Part shown: positions 9,075-18,926 of the stretch, piece by piece
Layout: each line of letters opens with the position of its first letter
Position numbering within the stretch: position 1 is the first letter of the stretch
Assembly (NCBI GenBank): GCA_963790025.1
Contig: CAWBMP010000005.1
Span: 416,001 to 480,000, forward strand
Source: Nitrospirota bacterium
GTDB lineage: Bacteria; Nitrospirota; Thermodesulfovibrionia; Thermodesulfovibrionales; Dissulfurispiraceae
Reading direction: 5' to 3'
DNA length: 64,000 nucleotides
Program-made: the position numbers and the translations under genes
The notes under the pieces: generated by a model
What the model was told of the DNA's origin: nothing
Database searches by the model: none
Seen by the model: the letters and a program-made list of their open reading frames with translations, nothing else

Positions 9075-10701
9075 TCAGGCTAAAAAGACCAGGACTGCAG
9101 TGGAGTTCCTAAGGGAATTTCTGCATCAGCACAAGGACGACTTCTCGAAGCTGTATGTCCTGCTGGGACTGGGCCTCGTATGCGCTCTCCTCATACAGGA
9201 GCGTATGGGCATCGATCACCTCCTGGGAAGTTTTTTCATAGCTGCGATGATCCTTTTCATTTTTTACCGCGATATAAAGCGGTACAAACCGGTTTACCTC
9301 AATAATCACAAAATGATGCTGCTGCTGGGGTTTCTTCTTTCAGGCACGCTCCTGTTAGGCCGTGTTTTCGGGTATTTGCTTTCAGGGCTCCACAGGGGTC
9401 TTGTCCTGCCGGGAAGCGGTGCTTATTTGTTCGGCATCCCCATTCCTGTGGGGGCAATGCTGGTCACGCTCATATTCGACTTTCATACAGCCATAATTTT
9501 CTCTTTTGTCACCAGTATCATGACAGGCATATGGCTCAATAATCCGCTGTATACGGTGTATGTGTTCATAGGAAGTCTGACTGCTGCATTCAGTGTCATC
9601 AGATGCAAAAGACGCTCCTCTCTTCTGAAGGGGGGGCTTTTTGTAAGCGCTGTCAATATTTTCACATCCGGCGTTCTGCTGCTCTTTGACGGCAAGCTCT
9701 TTACTCCGATGGCGCCGCATGCCTTATTGTTTGCCGCAATGTCCGGTATAATGGTTTCCGCTGTCGCATCCATTGTCCTCCCCGTAGTTGAATATGTCTT
9801 CACTATTACTACCGATATCAGCCTTATTGAACTGGTGGACCTTGAGCAGCCGTTGATGCATAATCTAATGATCGCCGCACCCGGCACCTACCATCACAGT
9901 ATTATTGTGGGAAATCTTGCGGAGACTGCGGCCGAGGCGGTAGGAGCAAATCCACTGCTTGCACGGGTGACCGCCTGTTACCATGATATCGGGAAAATAC
10001 GCATGCCCGAATATTTCGTCGAGAACCAGAGTAATATTGCAAACAAACATGAAAAACTTGCGCCTCACATGAGCAGCATGATCCTGATGTCTCATGTCAA
10101 AGAGGGCGTGGAGCTGGCTCGGCAATATAAGTTGCCCAAAGACATTGTGGACATTATTCAACAGCATCACGGCACCAGCCTGATCACCTTTTTTTATCAA
10201 AAAGCACTTGAGCATACAAAAGACGTGCTTCCCCTCCAGGAAGATTACCGGTATCCGGGGCCGAAGCCCCAGACACGGGTGGCGGCTATTGTGATGATGG
10301 CTGATACTGTTGAGGCGGCCTCGCGCACACTTGCCGAGCCCACACCTGCAAGGATTTCCGCACTGGTGGATAAAATAATCAACCATATTTTTCTCGACGG
10401 ACAGATCGATGAATGCGAACTCACACTGAAGGACATTTCCGAAATAAAGAAACGGTTTACTTACATCCTCACCGGTATATTCCACAGGAGAATACAATAT
10501 CCTGAAGTCATAATAAAAGGTGCGCAGCAAAAGGGTACAACAGATGCAGCAATAGCCAGGAGCGCGGCTGATAAGGACATTGCCGGCGCTGCGCCTCGGG
10601 GAAATGGAAATAGTAATAAAGAACAACCAAAAGCTGATAAAGGCAAGCCATCGGACGATAAAGAAGGTGCTCAGGAGAGCCCTCACCCATTTAACACATA
10701 A
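9049..10701 (+). CDS. 7TM-HD phosphohydrolase (PgpH-like cyclic di-AMP phosphodiesterase) lacking the extracellular domain
   Basis: Multiple TM helices, then APGTYHHS, YHDIGK, QHHGTS, YPGPKP, MMAD; phoH-ybeY context. Confidence 0.88.
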   Translation: MKNVTPKSNQAKKTRTAVEFLREFLHQHKDDFSKLYVLLGLGLVCALLIQERMGIDHLLGSFFIAAMILFIFYRDIKRYKPVYLNNHKMMLLLGFLLSGTLLLGRVFGYLLSGLHRGLVLPGSGAYLFGIPIPVGAMLVTLIFDFHTAIIFSFVTSIMTGIWLNNPLYTVYVFIGSLTAAFSVIRCKRRSSLLKGGLFVSAVNIFTSGVLLLFDGKLFTPMAPHALLFAAMSGIMVSAVASIVLPVVEYVFTITTDISLIELVDLEQPLMHNLMIAAPGTYHHSIIVGNLAETAAEAVGANPLLARVTACYHDIGKIRMPEYFVENQSNIANKHEKLAPHMSSMILMSHVKEGVELARQYKLPKDIVDIIQQHHGTSLITFFYQKALEHTKDVLPLQEDYRYPGPKPQTRVAAIVMMADTVEAASRTLAEPTPARISALVDKIINHIFLDGQIDECELTLKDISEIKKRFTYILTGIFHRRIQYPEVIIKGAQQKGTTDAAIARSAADKDIAGAAPRGNGNSNKEQPKADKGKPSDDKEGAQESPHPFNT

Positions 10702-11086
10702 AGGGTGTAACTCACTCTTGTCGGGCCGACAGGTTTTAATGCACCTCGAAGTAAGTGTCCTTTTCGTGAATGATGCCGCGATGAGGAGGCTCAATCGCCT
10801 CTATCGCGGCATTGACAGGACAACAGATGTGCTGTCCTTCCCGTTACAGATAAACAAGAAGTGGCTGCTTCCTGATTCTGACTTGTTGTTGGGTGACATC
10901 GTTATAAGCCTTCCCCGGGCCAAAAGGCAGGCAAAGGAGTACGAGACCACTTTTTACCGTGAACTCGGGCGTCTGCTTATACATGGGCTTCTTCACCTGC
11001 TTGGCTATGACCACGAAAAGAGCGGCTATCAGGCGGTTAAAATGAGGCGGATGGAAGCGGAACTGGCAAAGGTAATATGCCTCTAA
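10604..11086 (+). CDS. ybeY: rRNA maturation endoribonuclease YbeY
   Basis: TDVLSFP, LGDIVIS, HGLLHLLGYDH; start at ATG 10604. Confidence 0.93.
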   Translation: MEIVIKNNQKLIKASHRTIKKVLRRALTHLTHKGCNSLLSGRQVLMHLEVSVLFVNDAAMRRLNRLYRGIDRTTDVLSFPLQINKKWLLPDSDLLLGDIVISLPRAKRQAKEYETTFYRELGRLLIHGLLHLLGYDHEKSGYQAVKMRRMEAELAKVICL

Positions 11087-11775
11087 GAAAGTGGGTTGAC
11101 AGCGCCGGGTATGCTATTGAGGGGATAATCTATGCGGCCAGGACCCAGCGCCATCTCCGCTATCATCTTTATACTGCGGCGTTTGTTCTTATTTTGAGTT
11201 ATGTCCTCGGCCTGACGAGAACGGATTTTCTGATCATCGCCATAGCTCTGATCCTGGTCCTTATCGCCGAGATGATCAATACCGCGATTGAGTATGTTGT
11301 TGATTTGCTGTCGCCTGAACACAATGAGAGTGCGCGGATTGCGAAAGACGTTGCCGCCGGTGCGGTGCTCATTTCCGCTTTTGGTGCTCTTGTGATCGGG
11401 TATATCATACTGTTCCCTTATTTCAGCGTGGAATTTCAGAAAGGCATACATATAGCAAAGCATTCAAAGGAAGAAATTACCCTTATTTCGGCCATTCTGG
11501 TGATTATAACGGTCATCGTACTGAAATCACGGTTTGGCAGGGGGCATCCGCTTCGCGGAGGCATGCCCAGCGGCCACGCTGCCCTGGCTTTTGCGGTATG
11601 GGTCGCCATCACTTACACCACTGAAAGTTTTGCCGTATCGCTGCTTTCCTTTGCGCTGGCAGTTGTAATCGCCCAGAGCAGGGTCACTGTGAGGGCGCAC
11701 AACCCTTTCGAAGTCATTACAGGAGCTGTGCTTGGCGCCGGCCTCACACTCCTGCTCTTTGTCATTTTTTACTGA
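11077..11775 (+). CDS. dgkA: Diacylglycerol/undecaprenol kinase fused to a PAP2-like domain
   Basis: EMINTAIEYVVDL and AKDVAAGAVL (DgkA); MPSGHA and SRVTVRAH (PAP2 motifs). Confidence 0.85.
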   Translation: MPLRKWVDSAGYAIEGIIYAARTQRHLRYHLYTAAFVLILSYVLGLTRTDFLIIAIALILVLIAEMINTAIEYVVDLLSPEHNESARIAKDVAAGAVLISAFGALVIGYIILFPYFSVEFQKGIHIAKHSKEEITLISAILVIITVIVLKSRFGRGHPLRGGMPSGHAALAFAVWVAITYTTESFAVSLLSFALAVVIAQSRVTVRAHNPFEVITGAVLGAGLTLLLFVIFY

Positions 11776-11792
11776 AGGTTAAGTGTTTGTTT

Positions 11793-12704
11793 ATGCCGTC
11801 CTACATAAAAGCCCATAGGACCGGAAAGCTGGCCGATAATATCAAAAAAGCATACGCGACACTGGAAAATTGTCGTCTTTGCCCGCGAGAGTGTCAAGTA
11901 AACAGACTGAAAGATGAAAAAGGTACTTGTCGTACCGGCCTGTCAGCCATGGTCTCGAGCTTTAATCCTCATTTTGGAGAAGAACGACCTTTGGTAGGGA
12001 GAAATGGTTCAGGGACCATCTTCATGACCCACTGCAATCTGCTCTGTGTATTTTGTCAAAACTGGGAAATCAGCCATTTGGGCGAAGGGAGAAAAGTGAA
12101 CTCAACAACCCTCGCCGGCATGATGCTCGATCTTCAGAGACGGGGATGCCATAACATTAATTTTGTTACACCGAGCCATGCAGTCCCTCAAATCCTGGAT
12201 GCCTTGCCCGCTGCCGTAGAGGGCGGCTTGCACGTGCCCCTGGTCTATAATACCGGTGGCTATGATGCCGTTGAAAGCCTGAAACTATTAGAGGGTATCT
12301 TCGATATTTATATGCCGGATTTTAAAATCTGGGACCCTGAAATGGCGCGTGAGTACCTGAAGACCGCGGATTATCCGGAAAAGGCGAGGGAGGCCATAAA
12401 AGAGATGCATCGTCAGGTTGGCGATCTCACCCTTGATGAAAAAGGCATCGCTTTGAAAGGAATTCTTCTGCGGCATTTGGTAATGCCTGGAGGAATAGCA
12501 GGGACCAGAAACATAATGCGTTTTATCGCCGGAGAGATATCACCAAATACTTATGTGAATGTAATGGACCAATACCATCCATGCGGTAATGCCAAGAAAT
12601 ACCCGTTGCTGGATAGAGCCATCAGCCGTGATGAATACGAAGAGACTTTGATGGCGGCCCATGAAGAAGGCATCACCAGACTTCATGGAAGAGAAAGATG
12701 GTGA
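11793..12704 (+). CDS. Radical SAM protein, PflX-like
   Basis: CRLCPREC, HFGEE, CNLLCVFCQN (CxxxCxxC), YMPDFK, RHLVMPG. Confidence 0.88.
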   Translation: MPSYIKAHRTGKLADNIKKAYATLENCRLCPRECQVNRLKDEKGTCRTGLSAMVSSFNPHFGEERPLVGRNGSGTIFMTHCNLLCVFCQNWEISHLGEGRKVNSTTLAGMMLDLQRRGCHNINFVTPSHAVPQILDALPAAVEGGLHVPLVYNTGGYDAVESLKLLEGIFDIYMPDFKIWDPEMAREYLKTADYPEKAREAIKEMHRQVGDLTLDEKGIALKGILLRHLVMPGGIAGTRNIMRFIAGEISPNTYVNVMDQYHPCGNAKKYPLLDRAISRDEYEETLMAAHEEGITRLHGRERW

Positions 12705-12732
12705 GTATTATAGGATTTATGAATAATTTGGG

Positions 12733-13572
12733 CTAAGGCTTTGCAGCCGGGGAAACAATCGGCGAAGGTATGGTGCCGGAGGGCCCGGCAGGAACTTCTT
12801 TTACTGTCTCGTCAGCTTCTTTCTCGGAAGGGGCTGTCATGACTTCCTCATACTGGGGGATGACAATCCCCCTTTTTACCATGATGCTGTAGATAATCCG
12901 GGACCTGTTTGCCACATAGCGTGCAGTTCCGAGGGGATTATATTTCCGCGGGTTGGGAAGAACGGCGGCCAGTCGTGCGGCCTCTTCAGGGCCGAGAGCG
13001 GATGCGGACTTGCCGTAGTAGGCCCGCGAGGCGGCTTCTATACCGAATATGCCTTCTCCCCATTCCGCCACATTCAGGTATATCTCCAGTATCCTTCGTT
13101 TGGTGAGCCTTTTCTCCATCCTCCATGTGAGTATTGCCTCTTTTACCTTCCTGAGGGGATTTTTCGAGGGTGTAAGGTAAAGATTTTTTGCGAGCTGCTG
13201 GCTGATAGTGCTTGCGCCGAACTTGAATTTTTTCACCCTGATGTCTTTTTCAACTGCCTTTTCCATCGCTTCAAAATCAAAGCCTTCATGCTTCCAGAAC
13301 TTGTCGTCCTCGGAAATGAGCACGGCTTTAACAAGATAGGGCGAGATTTGAGAGAGGGGCGTCCATATCTGCCGGATCTTTATTTTTTTCCCTTCCCGCT
13401 GCCATTCTTTTTCCCGGTACTCCATGAAGGAGGTCTTCTTGATGTTCCCTTTTCTGAGGTCAGACACATCGGGGAAAAAAAAGTAGTAGCCCACGCTCAG
13501 TACGGTGGCGGCAAAGAGAAGGGCCACGGCTATTCTTAAACGGCGTATCCAGGGTTTCTTCTTGCGCGGCAT
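12733..13572 (-). CDS. mtgA: Monofunctional biosynthetic peptidoglycan transglycosylase
   Basis: EDDKFWKHEGFD, GASTISQQLAKNL, RKVKE, YLNVAEWG. Confidence 0.93.
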   Translation of the reverse strand: MPRKKKPWIRRLRIAVALLFAATVLSVGYYFFFPDVSDLRKGNIKKTSFMEYREKEWQREGKKIKIRQIWTPLSQISPYLVKAVLISEDDKFWKHEGFDFEAMEKAVEKDIRVKKFKFGASTISQQLAKNLYLTPSKNPLRKVKEAILTWRMEKRLTKRRILEIYLNVAEWGEGIFGIEAASRAYYGKSASALGPEEAARLAAVLPNPRKYNPLGTARYVANRSRIIYSIMVKRGIVIPQYEEVMTAPSEKEADETVKEVPAGPSGTIPSPIVSPAAKP

Positions 13573-13878
13573 GATGAAATTCTATATGGCGTAAATATTC
13601 ATTGATTTTATAAAAAAGCGTCTTTGTAAATTCTATTCTTTATTCTCGAGTATATTTGGATGCTACATCTCCAATACTGATTTCGAGCTATATTAACATA
13701 TTCCAAGGTGCTCATTCTGCAAGAATTTCGAACTTTTGTCTCAGCACCTTTGTGAATAAACATGGTAATTGTCCCCATATTTTTACCAGAAAATGCTTGC
13801 AACTCGTACACTAGCTTGCGCCCTTCTTGCTGTCTGATATAATTTGAGAAAGCATCAAAATAATCTGTTATTTTACAT

Positions 13879-14679
13879 ATGAGAGAAGAAATGGAAAAAA
13901 TGGCAACGTGGAACCCGCAGCAATATCTCAAATTTAAAAATGAACGAACTCAACCCTCAATAGATCTTGCAGCAAAGGTCAGAATTGAAAACCCCGCTAC
14001 TGTTATTGATATTGGATGCGGACCTGGAAATAGCACTCAAGTTTTGCGTCAGCGCTGGCCAAATGCTCGTATTACTGGTCTTGACAGCTCACGAGAGATG
14101 ATCGAAAGAGCAAAGACGGATTTTCCGGATCAGGAGTGGTTACTGGCTGATGCCTCAAAGCTGGAACCGTATCAGACTTATGACGTCGTTTTCTCAAATG
14201 CGGCTTTACAGTGGATACCGGATCATGATATTCTGATCCCTCGGCTCCTACAGATTGTCAGCGCCGGTGGAGCGCTGGCTATACAGGTGCCAGCGAATGT
14301 CGAGTCACCTTTGCACAAGGCATTACTTGCCGTATCTTCGAGGGAAAGATGGTCCCAGTTTACTGCCGGGTGCGAGAAGCTGTTAAGCTATCATACTGTC
14401 GAGTATTATTACAACATACTCTACCCGATAGCCTCCTTCGGCCTCGACATTTGGGAAACCACTTACTACCATGTGCTGAGTTCTCATGCTGCGCTCATAG
14501 AATGGTATAAGGGCACCGGATTACGGCCTTATCTGGAAAAGCTGCCGCACGATGAATACAAAAAGGAGTTTATGAGCGAGATAATGGATGAGTGCAGGCA
14601 GGCATATGCAATTCAGAGAGACGGCAATATCCTTTTTCCGTTCAGGAGGATTTTCTTCGTTGCCTATAAAAGCGGATAG
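13879..14679 (+). CDS. tam: Trans-aconitate 2-methyltransferase
   Basis: WNPQQYLKF..ER, DIGCGPGNST, SNAALQW, LFPFRRIFFVA; true start may be 13900. Confidence 0.85.
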   Translation: MREEMEKMATWNPQQYLKFKNERTQPSIDLAAKVRIENPATVIDIGCGPGNSTQVLRQRWPNARITGLDSSREMIERAKTDFPDQEWLLADASKLEPYQTYDVVFSNAALQWIPDHDILIPRLLQIVSAGGALAIQVPANVESPLHKALLAVSSRERWSQFTAGCEKLLSYHTVEYYYNILYPIASFGLDIWETTYYHVLSSHAALIEWYKGTGLRPYLEKLPHDEYKKEFMSEIMDECRQAYAIQRDGNILFPFRRIFFVAYKSG

Positions 14680-14774
14680 CTTCCAAATGTTGTTCAAACC
14701 GCTGGTGTTTTCGGACTGCATGTTACCCTACTACTATCGTTTTTTGAATATCCAAAATTCTGAGGAATACTGTA

Positions 14775-14823
14775 AGAAAGTGAGATTTTATCGTCGCAAG
14801 TCTGGAATCTCAATTCTTTCTGG
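14775..14823. repeat. ~50 bp hairpin repeat, copy 1
   Basis: agaaagTGAGATtttatcgtcgcaagtctggaATCTCAattctttctgg; second copy at 18030-18080. Confidence 0.75.
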
Positions 14824-15057
14824 GTAACTGTTAGTGTTGGAGGCTTAAGCTTCACAAGGGTTTCTCCAAGTAATTTCACTTTATCGACCTCAAAAGTTTT
14901 GTTTCATCCTACCTTACCTGTATATATCTTTGGCCTGTCCCCTTTAAACCGGTCCGGATGGTATGTAGTATATTGAACTGATAATTAAATAAAAGATATA
15001 TCCCTATCTGTAACTTTTTTTATGGTATACTGCAACTAAAAAGATACCAGGAGCGAC

Positions 15058-17160
15058 ATGGGGCAAGTAATGATAGACACTGACAGGGACAAGGGAAAAA
15101 GCAATCCCCTTGGCGCCACTATCTATCGTGACGGCGTCAACTTCAGTGTTTTTTCGAAGAACAGCACTGCCATCGAGCTGCTTCTTTTTGACAACGCTGA
15201 TGACGCAAAACCGGCCCGCGTTGTCCGCCTCGACCCTGAAATAAACAAAACATATCACTATTGGCATATCTTTGTACCCGGTATCAAGCCGGGACAGATA
15301 TACGGCTACCGTGTCTACGGTCTCTTCGACCCTTCCCGCGGCTTCTGTTTTGATCCTGATAAAGTGCTTCTCGATCCGTATGGGAAGGCAATATCGGTCC
15401 CTGAAGGTTACAGCCGCCTTAAGGCGAGCCTTCCAGGTGACGACATCTCTGCGACAATGAAGAGCATCGTCACAGACCTTCGCGGCTACGACTGGGAAGG
15501 CGACAGCCCTCTCAAGAGGCACTTTTCAAAAACCGTCATCTACGAGATGCATGTGGGCGGCTTCACCAGACACCCGAACTCCGGCATTGCCTGTGAAAAG
15601 CGCGGCACATACGCTGGAGTCATAGAGAAGATACCCTACCTGCAGGATCTCGGCATCACCGCGGTGGAACTGCTTCCGGTATTTCAGTTTGACCCACAGG
15701 ACTGCCCCCAAGGTCTAGTCAATTACTGGGGATACTGCCCTGTCTCCTTCTTTGCTCCGCACCACGCCTATAGCTCCCGGAGAGACCCCTTCGGTGCCAT
15801 CGATGAGTTTCGCGATATGGTGAAGGCCCTGCACAAGGCGGGTATAGAGGTCATTCTCGATGTGGTATACAATCACACTGCAGAGGGCAATCACCAGGGG
15901 CCCACCTTTTGTTTCCGGGGTCTTGAAAATAGCGTCTATTATATACTGGAAAAGGACCAGTCAAAGTATGCGAACTATTCCGGAACCGGTAATACCCTCA
16001 ATACAAACCAGACCATAGTCAGGAGAATGATCCTTGACAGCCTGCGTTACTGGGTGCAGGTAATGCATGTGGACGGGTTCAGGTTCGACCTTGCGTCAAT
16101 ACTCTCACGGGATGAACATGGACAGCCTCTTGAGAACCCCCCCATTATATGGGACATCGAATCTGAACCGGTGCTGGCAGGCATCAAACTTATCGCTGAA
16201 GCTTGGGACGCAGGAGGGCTCTACCAGGTGGGCTCTTTTGTCGGCGACAGCTGGAAGGAATGGAACGGGAAATTCCGCGATGATGTCCGCAGGTTTTTGA
16301 AGGGCGACAACGGCTCTGTCTCGCGGCTTCCGTCCAGGCTTCTGGGCAGCCCTGACCTCTATGAGGGCCATGAACGCGAACCCGAACTGAGCATTAACTT
16401 TGTCACCTGCCACGACGGCTTTACGCTGAACGATCTTGTTACCTATAACAACAAGCATAACGAGGTCAACGGAGAAAACAACCAGGACGGCAATGACAAC
16501 AATCTAAGCTGGAACTGCGGGACCGAGGGACCTGCCCAAGAACCGGCGGTGGAGAGGCTCCGCAACAGGCAGGTGAAAAACTTCATCACACTTACCTTCC
16601 TCGCCCTGGGGACACCCATGCTCCCAATGGGCGATGAAGTCAGGCGTACTCAGCACGGCAACAACAATGCTTACTGCCAGGACAATGAAATGAGCTGGTT
16701 CGATTGGAAGCTGCTGGATAAGCATCCTGATGTCCACCGATTTGTAAAAGAGTTCATTCATTACCGGCTGCACCGCGAAACTCTGCGCGGGGAGGGCAGC
16801 CTGAGCCTCAACCAGTTCCTTCACCAGGCCTGCTTCCAGTGGCACGGCATTACGCTGGACCAGCCGGACTGGTCGGAATTTTCCCACAGCCTTGCTTTTA
16901 CCGCATGTGGCGAAAAAGGAAAACTTCTGACCCATGTCATGCTGAATGCCTACCGGGAGCCCCTCACCTTCGAACTCCCGAAGTCCTCAGCGCCATGGAA
17001 GCGCTGGATCGATACCTATCTGGATTCTCCCGAAGATATTTCTGCATGGGAGAGCGCACCTAGTATACAGGGAAAGGCCTATACTGTCCAGTCCTATTCC
17101 TCTGTGGTATTGTTCAGCATGACGGACGGGGATGAGCATCCTGTTAACTGTCACCATTAA
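15058..17160 (+). CDS. glgX: Glycogen debranching enzyme / isoamylase (GH13)
   Basis: NYWGY, DVVYNHT, DGFRFDLA, IAEAWD, FVTCHDGFTL, NNNAYCQDNE; SD AGGAG. Confidence 0.96.
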   Translation: MGQVMIDTDRDKGKSNPLGATIYRDGVNFSVFSKNSTAIELLLFDNADDAKPARVVRLDPEINKTYHYWHIFVPGIKPGQIYGYRVYGLFDPSRGFCFDPDKVLLDPYGKAISVPEGYSRLKASLPGDDISATMKSIVTDLRGYDWEGDSPLKRHFSKTVIYEMHVGGFTRHPNSGIACEKRGTYAGVIEKIPYLQDLGITAVELLPVFQFDPQDCPQGLVNYWGYCPVSFFAPHHAYSSRRDPFGAIDEFRDMVKALHKAGIEVILDVVYNHTAEGNHQGPTFCFRGLENSVYYILEKDQSKYANYSGTGNTLNTNQTIVRRMILDSLRYWVQVMHVDGFRFDLASILSRDEHGQPLENPPIIWDIESEPVLAGIKLIAEAWDAGGLYQVGSFVGDSWKEWNGKFRDDVRRFLKGDNGSVSRLPSRLLGSPDLYEGHEREPELSINFVTCHDGFTLNDLVTYNNKHNEVNGENNQDGNDNNLSWNCGTEGPAQEPAVERLRNRQVKNFITLTFLALGTPMLPMGDEVRRTQHGNNNAYCQDNEMSWFDWKLLDKHPDVHRFVKEFIHYRLHRETLRGEGSLSLNQFLHQACFQWHGITLDQPDWSEFSHSLAFTACGEKGKLLTHVMLNAYREPLTFELPKSSAPWKRWIDTYLDSPEDISAWESAPSIQGKAYTVQSYSSVVLFSMTDGDEHPVNCHH

Positions 17161-17352
17161 CTATTTATTAACCTAGGTGTACATGTTAAACCCTGCTGTT
17201 GACGGTGTTACCGACACCTTCATTGGCAACTAAAGGCCATTTATTTCTGGTTGTACGACGCAGAATTATAACAAATCCAAAACCGCATACTTCATGAAGA
17301 AAGCAAGAGGCATAGGGCAGAGCCGAACAGTCTGTATTCTCCCCGTATTACT

Positions 17353-17389
17353 AAAACAGAAAGGGCATGCCGTAACCGGCAAGCCCTTC
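17353..17389 (-). terminator. Rho-independent terminator of the ACT-domain gene
   Basis: Minus strand GGGCTTGCCG-GTTA-CGGCATGCCC followed by TTTCTGTTTT. Confidence 0.75.
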
Positions 17390-17425
17390 GCCATCTTCGG
17401 CATACGAACTGTTGATAGAATGTGT

Positions 17426-17839
17426 CTAGCTTGCCCTCAGCGACTTGGCAGCCTTGTTTACGTCCTTAGTCTCGACCCATAGGATAGCAGCATAACGGCC
17501 TGAACCAGCCGAAACCGCGTCAATGGCTGTAACGTTAATCTTCTTTTCCGCTAATCTTTTTAGCAGATCCGCCACAGCGCCCTTCCGATCATCACCTTGG
17601 GCCAGGAACCCAAACTTCTGTGGGCGCGTCCTGATCTTCGCCGCCTTGACAGCTTTCTTAAAGACTGCCACATCCTCGGGAATGAAGTCGAGCTGGGCCT
17701 TCCTCCCACTTGGGAATCCTGAGAATGCCAACAGGTTCACGCCCGCCTCTGCCAAAGTCCCGAGCACCCGCGCTCCTTCACCTGGTCTGTTCGGGACATC
17801 CACTGCAAAATATGCCACCTTCCTGATAATGTCCGCCAT
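17426..17839 (-). CDS. Stand-alone double ACT-domain-like protein
   Basis: VDVPNRPGEGARVLGTLAEAGVNL and GDDRKGAVADLLKRLAEKKINV; strong SD AAGGAGGT. Confidence 0.75.
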   Translation of the reverse strand: MADIIRKVAYFAVDVPNRPGEGARVLGTLAEAGVNLLAFSGFPSGRKAQLDFIPEDVAVFKKAVKAAKIRTRPQKFGFLAQGDDRKGAVADLLKRLAEKKINVTAIDAVSAGSGRYAAILWVETKDVNKAAKSLRAS

Positions 17840-18029
17840 ATACGACACCTCCTTCCTCTTTGAATGATTTCTAATTGAAGTTTATAAGATTCAGAGAAAG
17901 GTTACAACCGTTTAGTTCAGGAAGCAATCGCGCCTATCATCGCACATTCTCTGTCCGATGTTGCTGCAAGTAATCCGCCTGAGATTTTGTACTAATAAAA
18001 ATTATAGCAGACCTCGTGCACAATGTCTC

Positions 18030-18080
18030 AGAAAAAAAGTGAGATTTTATCCTAGCGAGTCTGGTATCTCATTCTTCTGG
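18030..18080. repeat. ~50 bp hairpin repeat, copy 2
   Basis: agaaaaaaagTGAGATtttatcctagcgagtctggtATCTCAttcttctgg. Confidence 0.75.
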
Positions 18081-18111
18081 AAACAAATAAGAGCATTCTC
18101 AAATGTTTCTT

Positions 18112-18913
18112 CTATATATACGTTTCAGGTTCTTTCCTTTCACGACAGTTCTCGTTTAACCATTCAGCCAACTGCCGTATTTGCGAATCCTCCATTTTTC
18201 GCGCGCCCGTCGGGCAGTTCTTGATGCAGGAGCAGCACCTGATACACAGATTTCGATTCGTAAGAATTGTTTTCTCCGCAGTAATGGCTGCTGTTGGACA
18301 GGCAAAAACACAAGCTAAACATTTTGCGCATACTGCTTCGTGTGTAACAGGAGATATGTTTGATAACAGTCCTCGCCTTTTATAAGGGTATTTCCCGGGG
18401 ACCTGAATGAGGGACATTTCCTCGCTCGTCCGAATGTTCTTTAACTTTTCATGGATATTTATTCCGAATTCAGTTGCTTTTAGCAGAATCTTCTGTGTCA
18501 GGCCGTCCTGCGGCAACCGGAGCAGCATCAGTGGAATATGAATGTTCCCCGATAAAAGCAGCGGCAGCAATAGGTTTGAACCCCACATCCAGGGCAATAT
18601 CCCTTAATTCCAAAAGGGCATCTTCGTATGCGCGGTTCCCATACACAACAACAATAGCCGCTGGTGCGCCATTTCCTCTGAGTCGCAGCAACCTGGAGAC
18701 CGCATCAGTCGGGAGCCTTCCACCGTACACCGGCGATCCTATAATGACGAACCCGTCATGAATTTGCACGATTTTCTGTCTTCTTGCAGTGGGCGGAGTT
18801 AAGTCAATACGTTCAGCCGGGTTAATCTGAACTCCCTTTGCAATACCCTCAACAACTTTTCTTGTCGTACGGGTTGGTGAAAAGTAGATCAGTTTTATCG
18901 AGTCGATAGTCAT
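18112..18913 (-). pseudogene. Flavodoxin-like/4Fe-4S dicluster ferredoxin (EFR1-like), split by a +1 frameshift
   Basis: YFSPT..T, PVYGGR and VVYGNRAYEDAL in one frame; two CxxCxxCxxxCP motifs in the next; removing one T in GAAGATTCTG (~18488) restores DTED-LLKATEFG. Confidence 0.8.
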
Positions 18914-18926
18914 GTTTCACGGGGTT

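Noticed and set aside
9865..10794. Long antisense or alternative-frame ORFs (also 41191-42120, 43057-43932, 58850-59725, 26474-27109)
   Set aside because: They are shadows of well-supported genes and have no motifs or RBS
13608..13931. 107 aa minus-strand ORF upstream of mtgA, and the 61 aa ORF at 14694-14879
   Set aside because: AT-rich with no recognisable motifs; probably intergenic DNA or unidentifiable remnants
17849..18000. Long leader of the ACT gene considered as an amino-acid riboswitch
   Set aside because: Only a GGACAGAG-like fragment is present; no recognisable aptamer core. An Rfam search would be needed
14775..18080. Hairpin repeats considered as integron attC sites
   Set aside because: No RYYYAAC...GTTRRRY core ends bracket the stem, the enclosed genes are convergent, and there is no integrase
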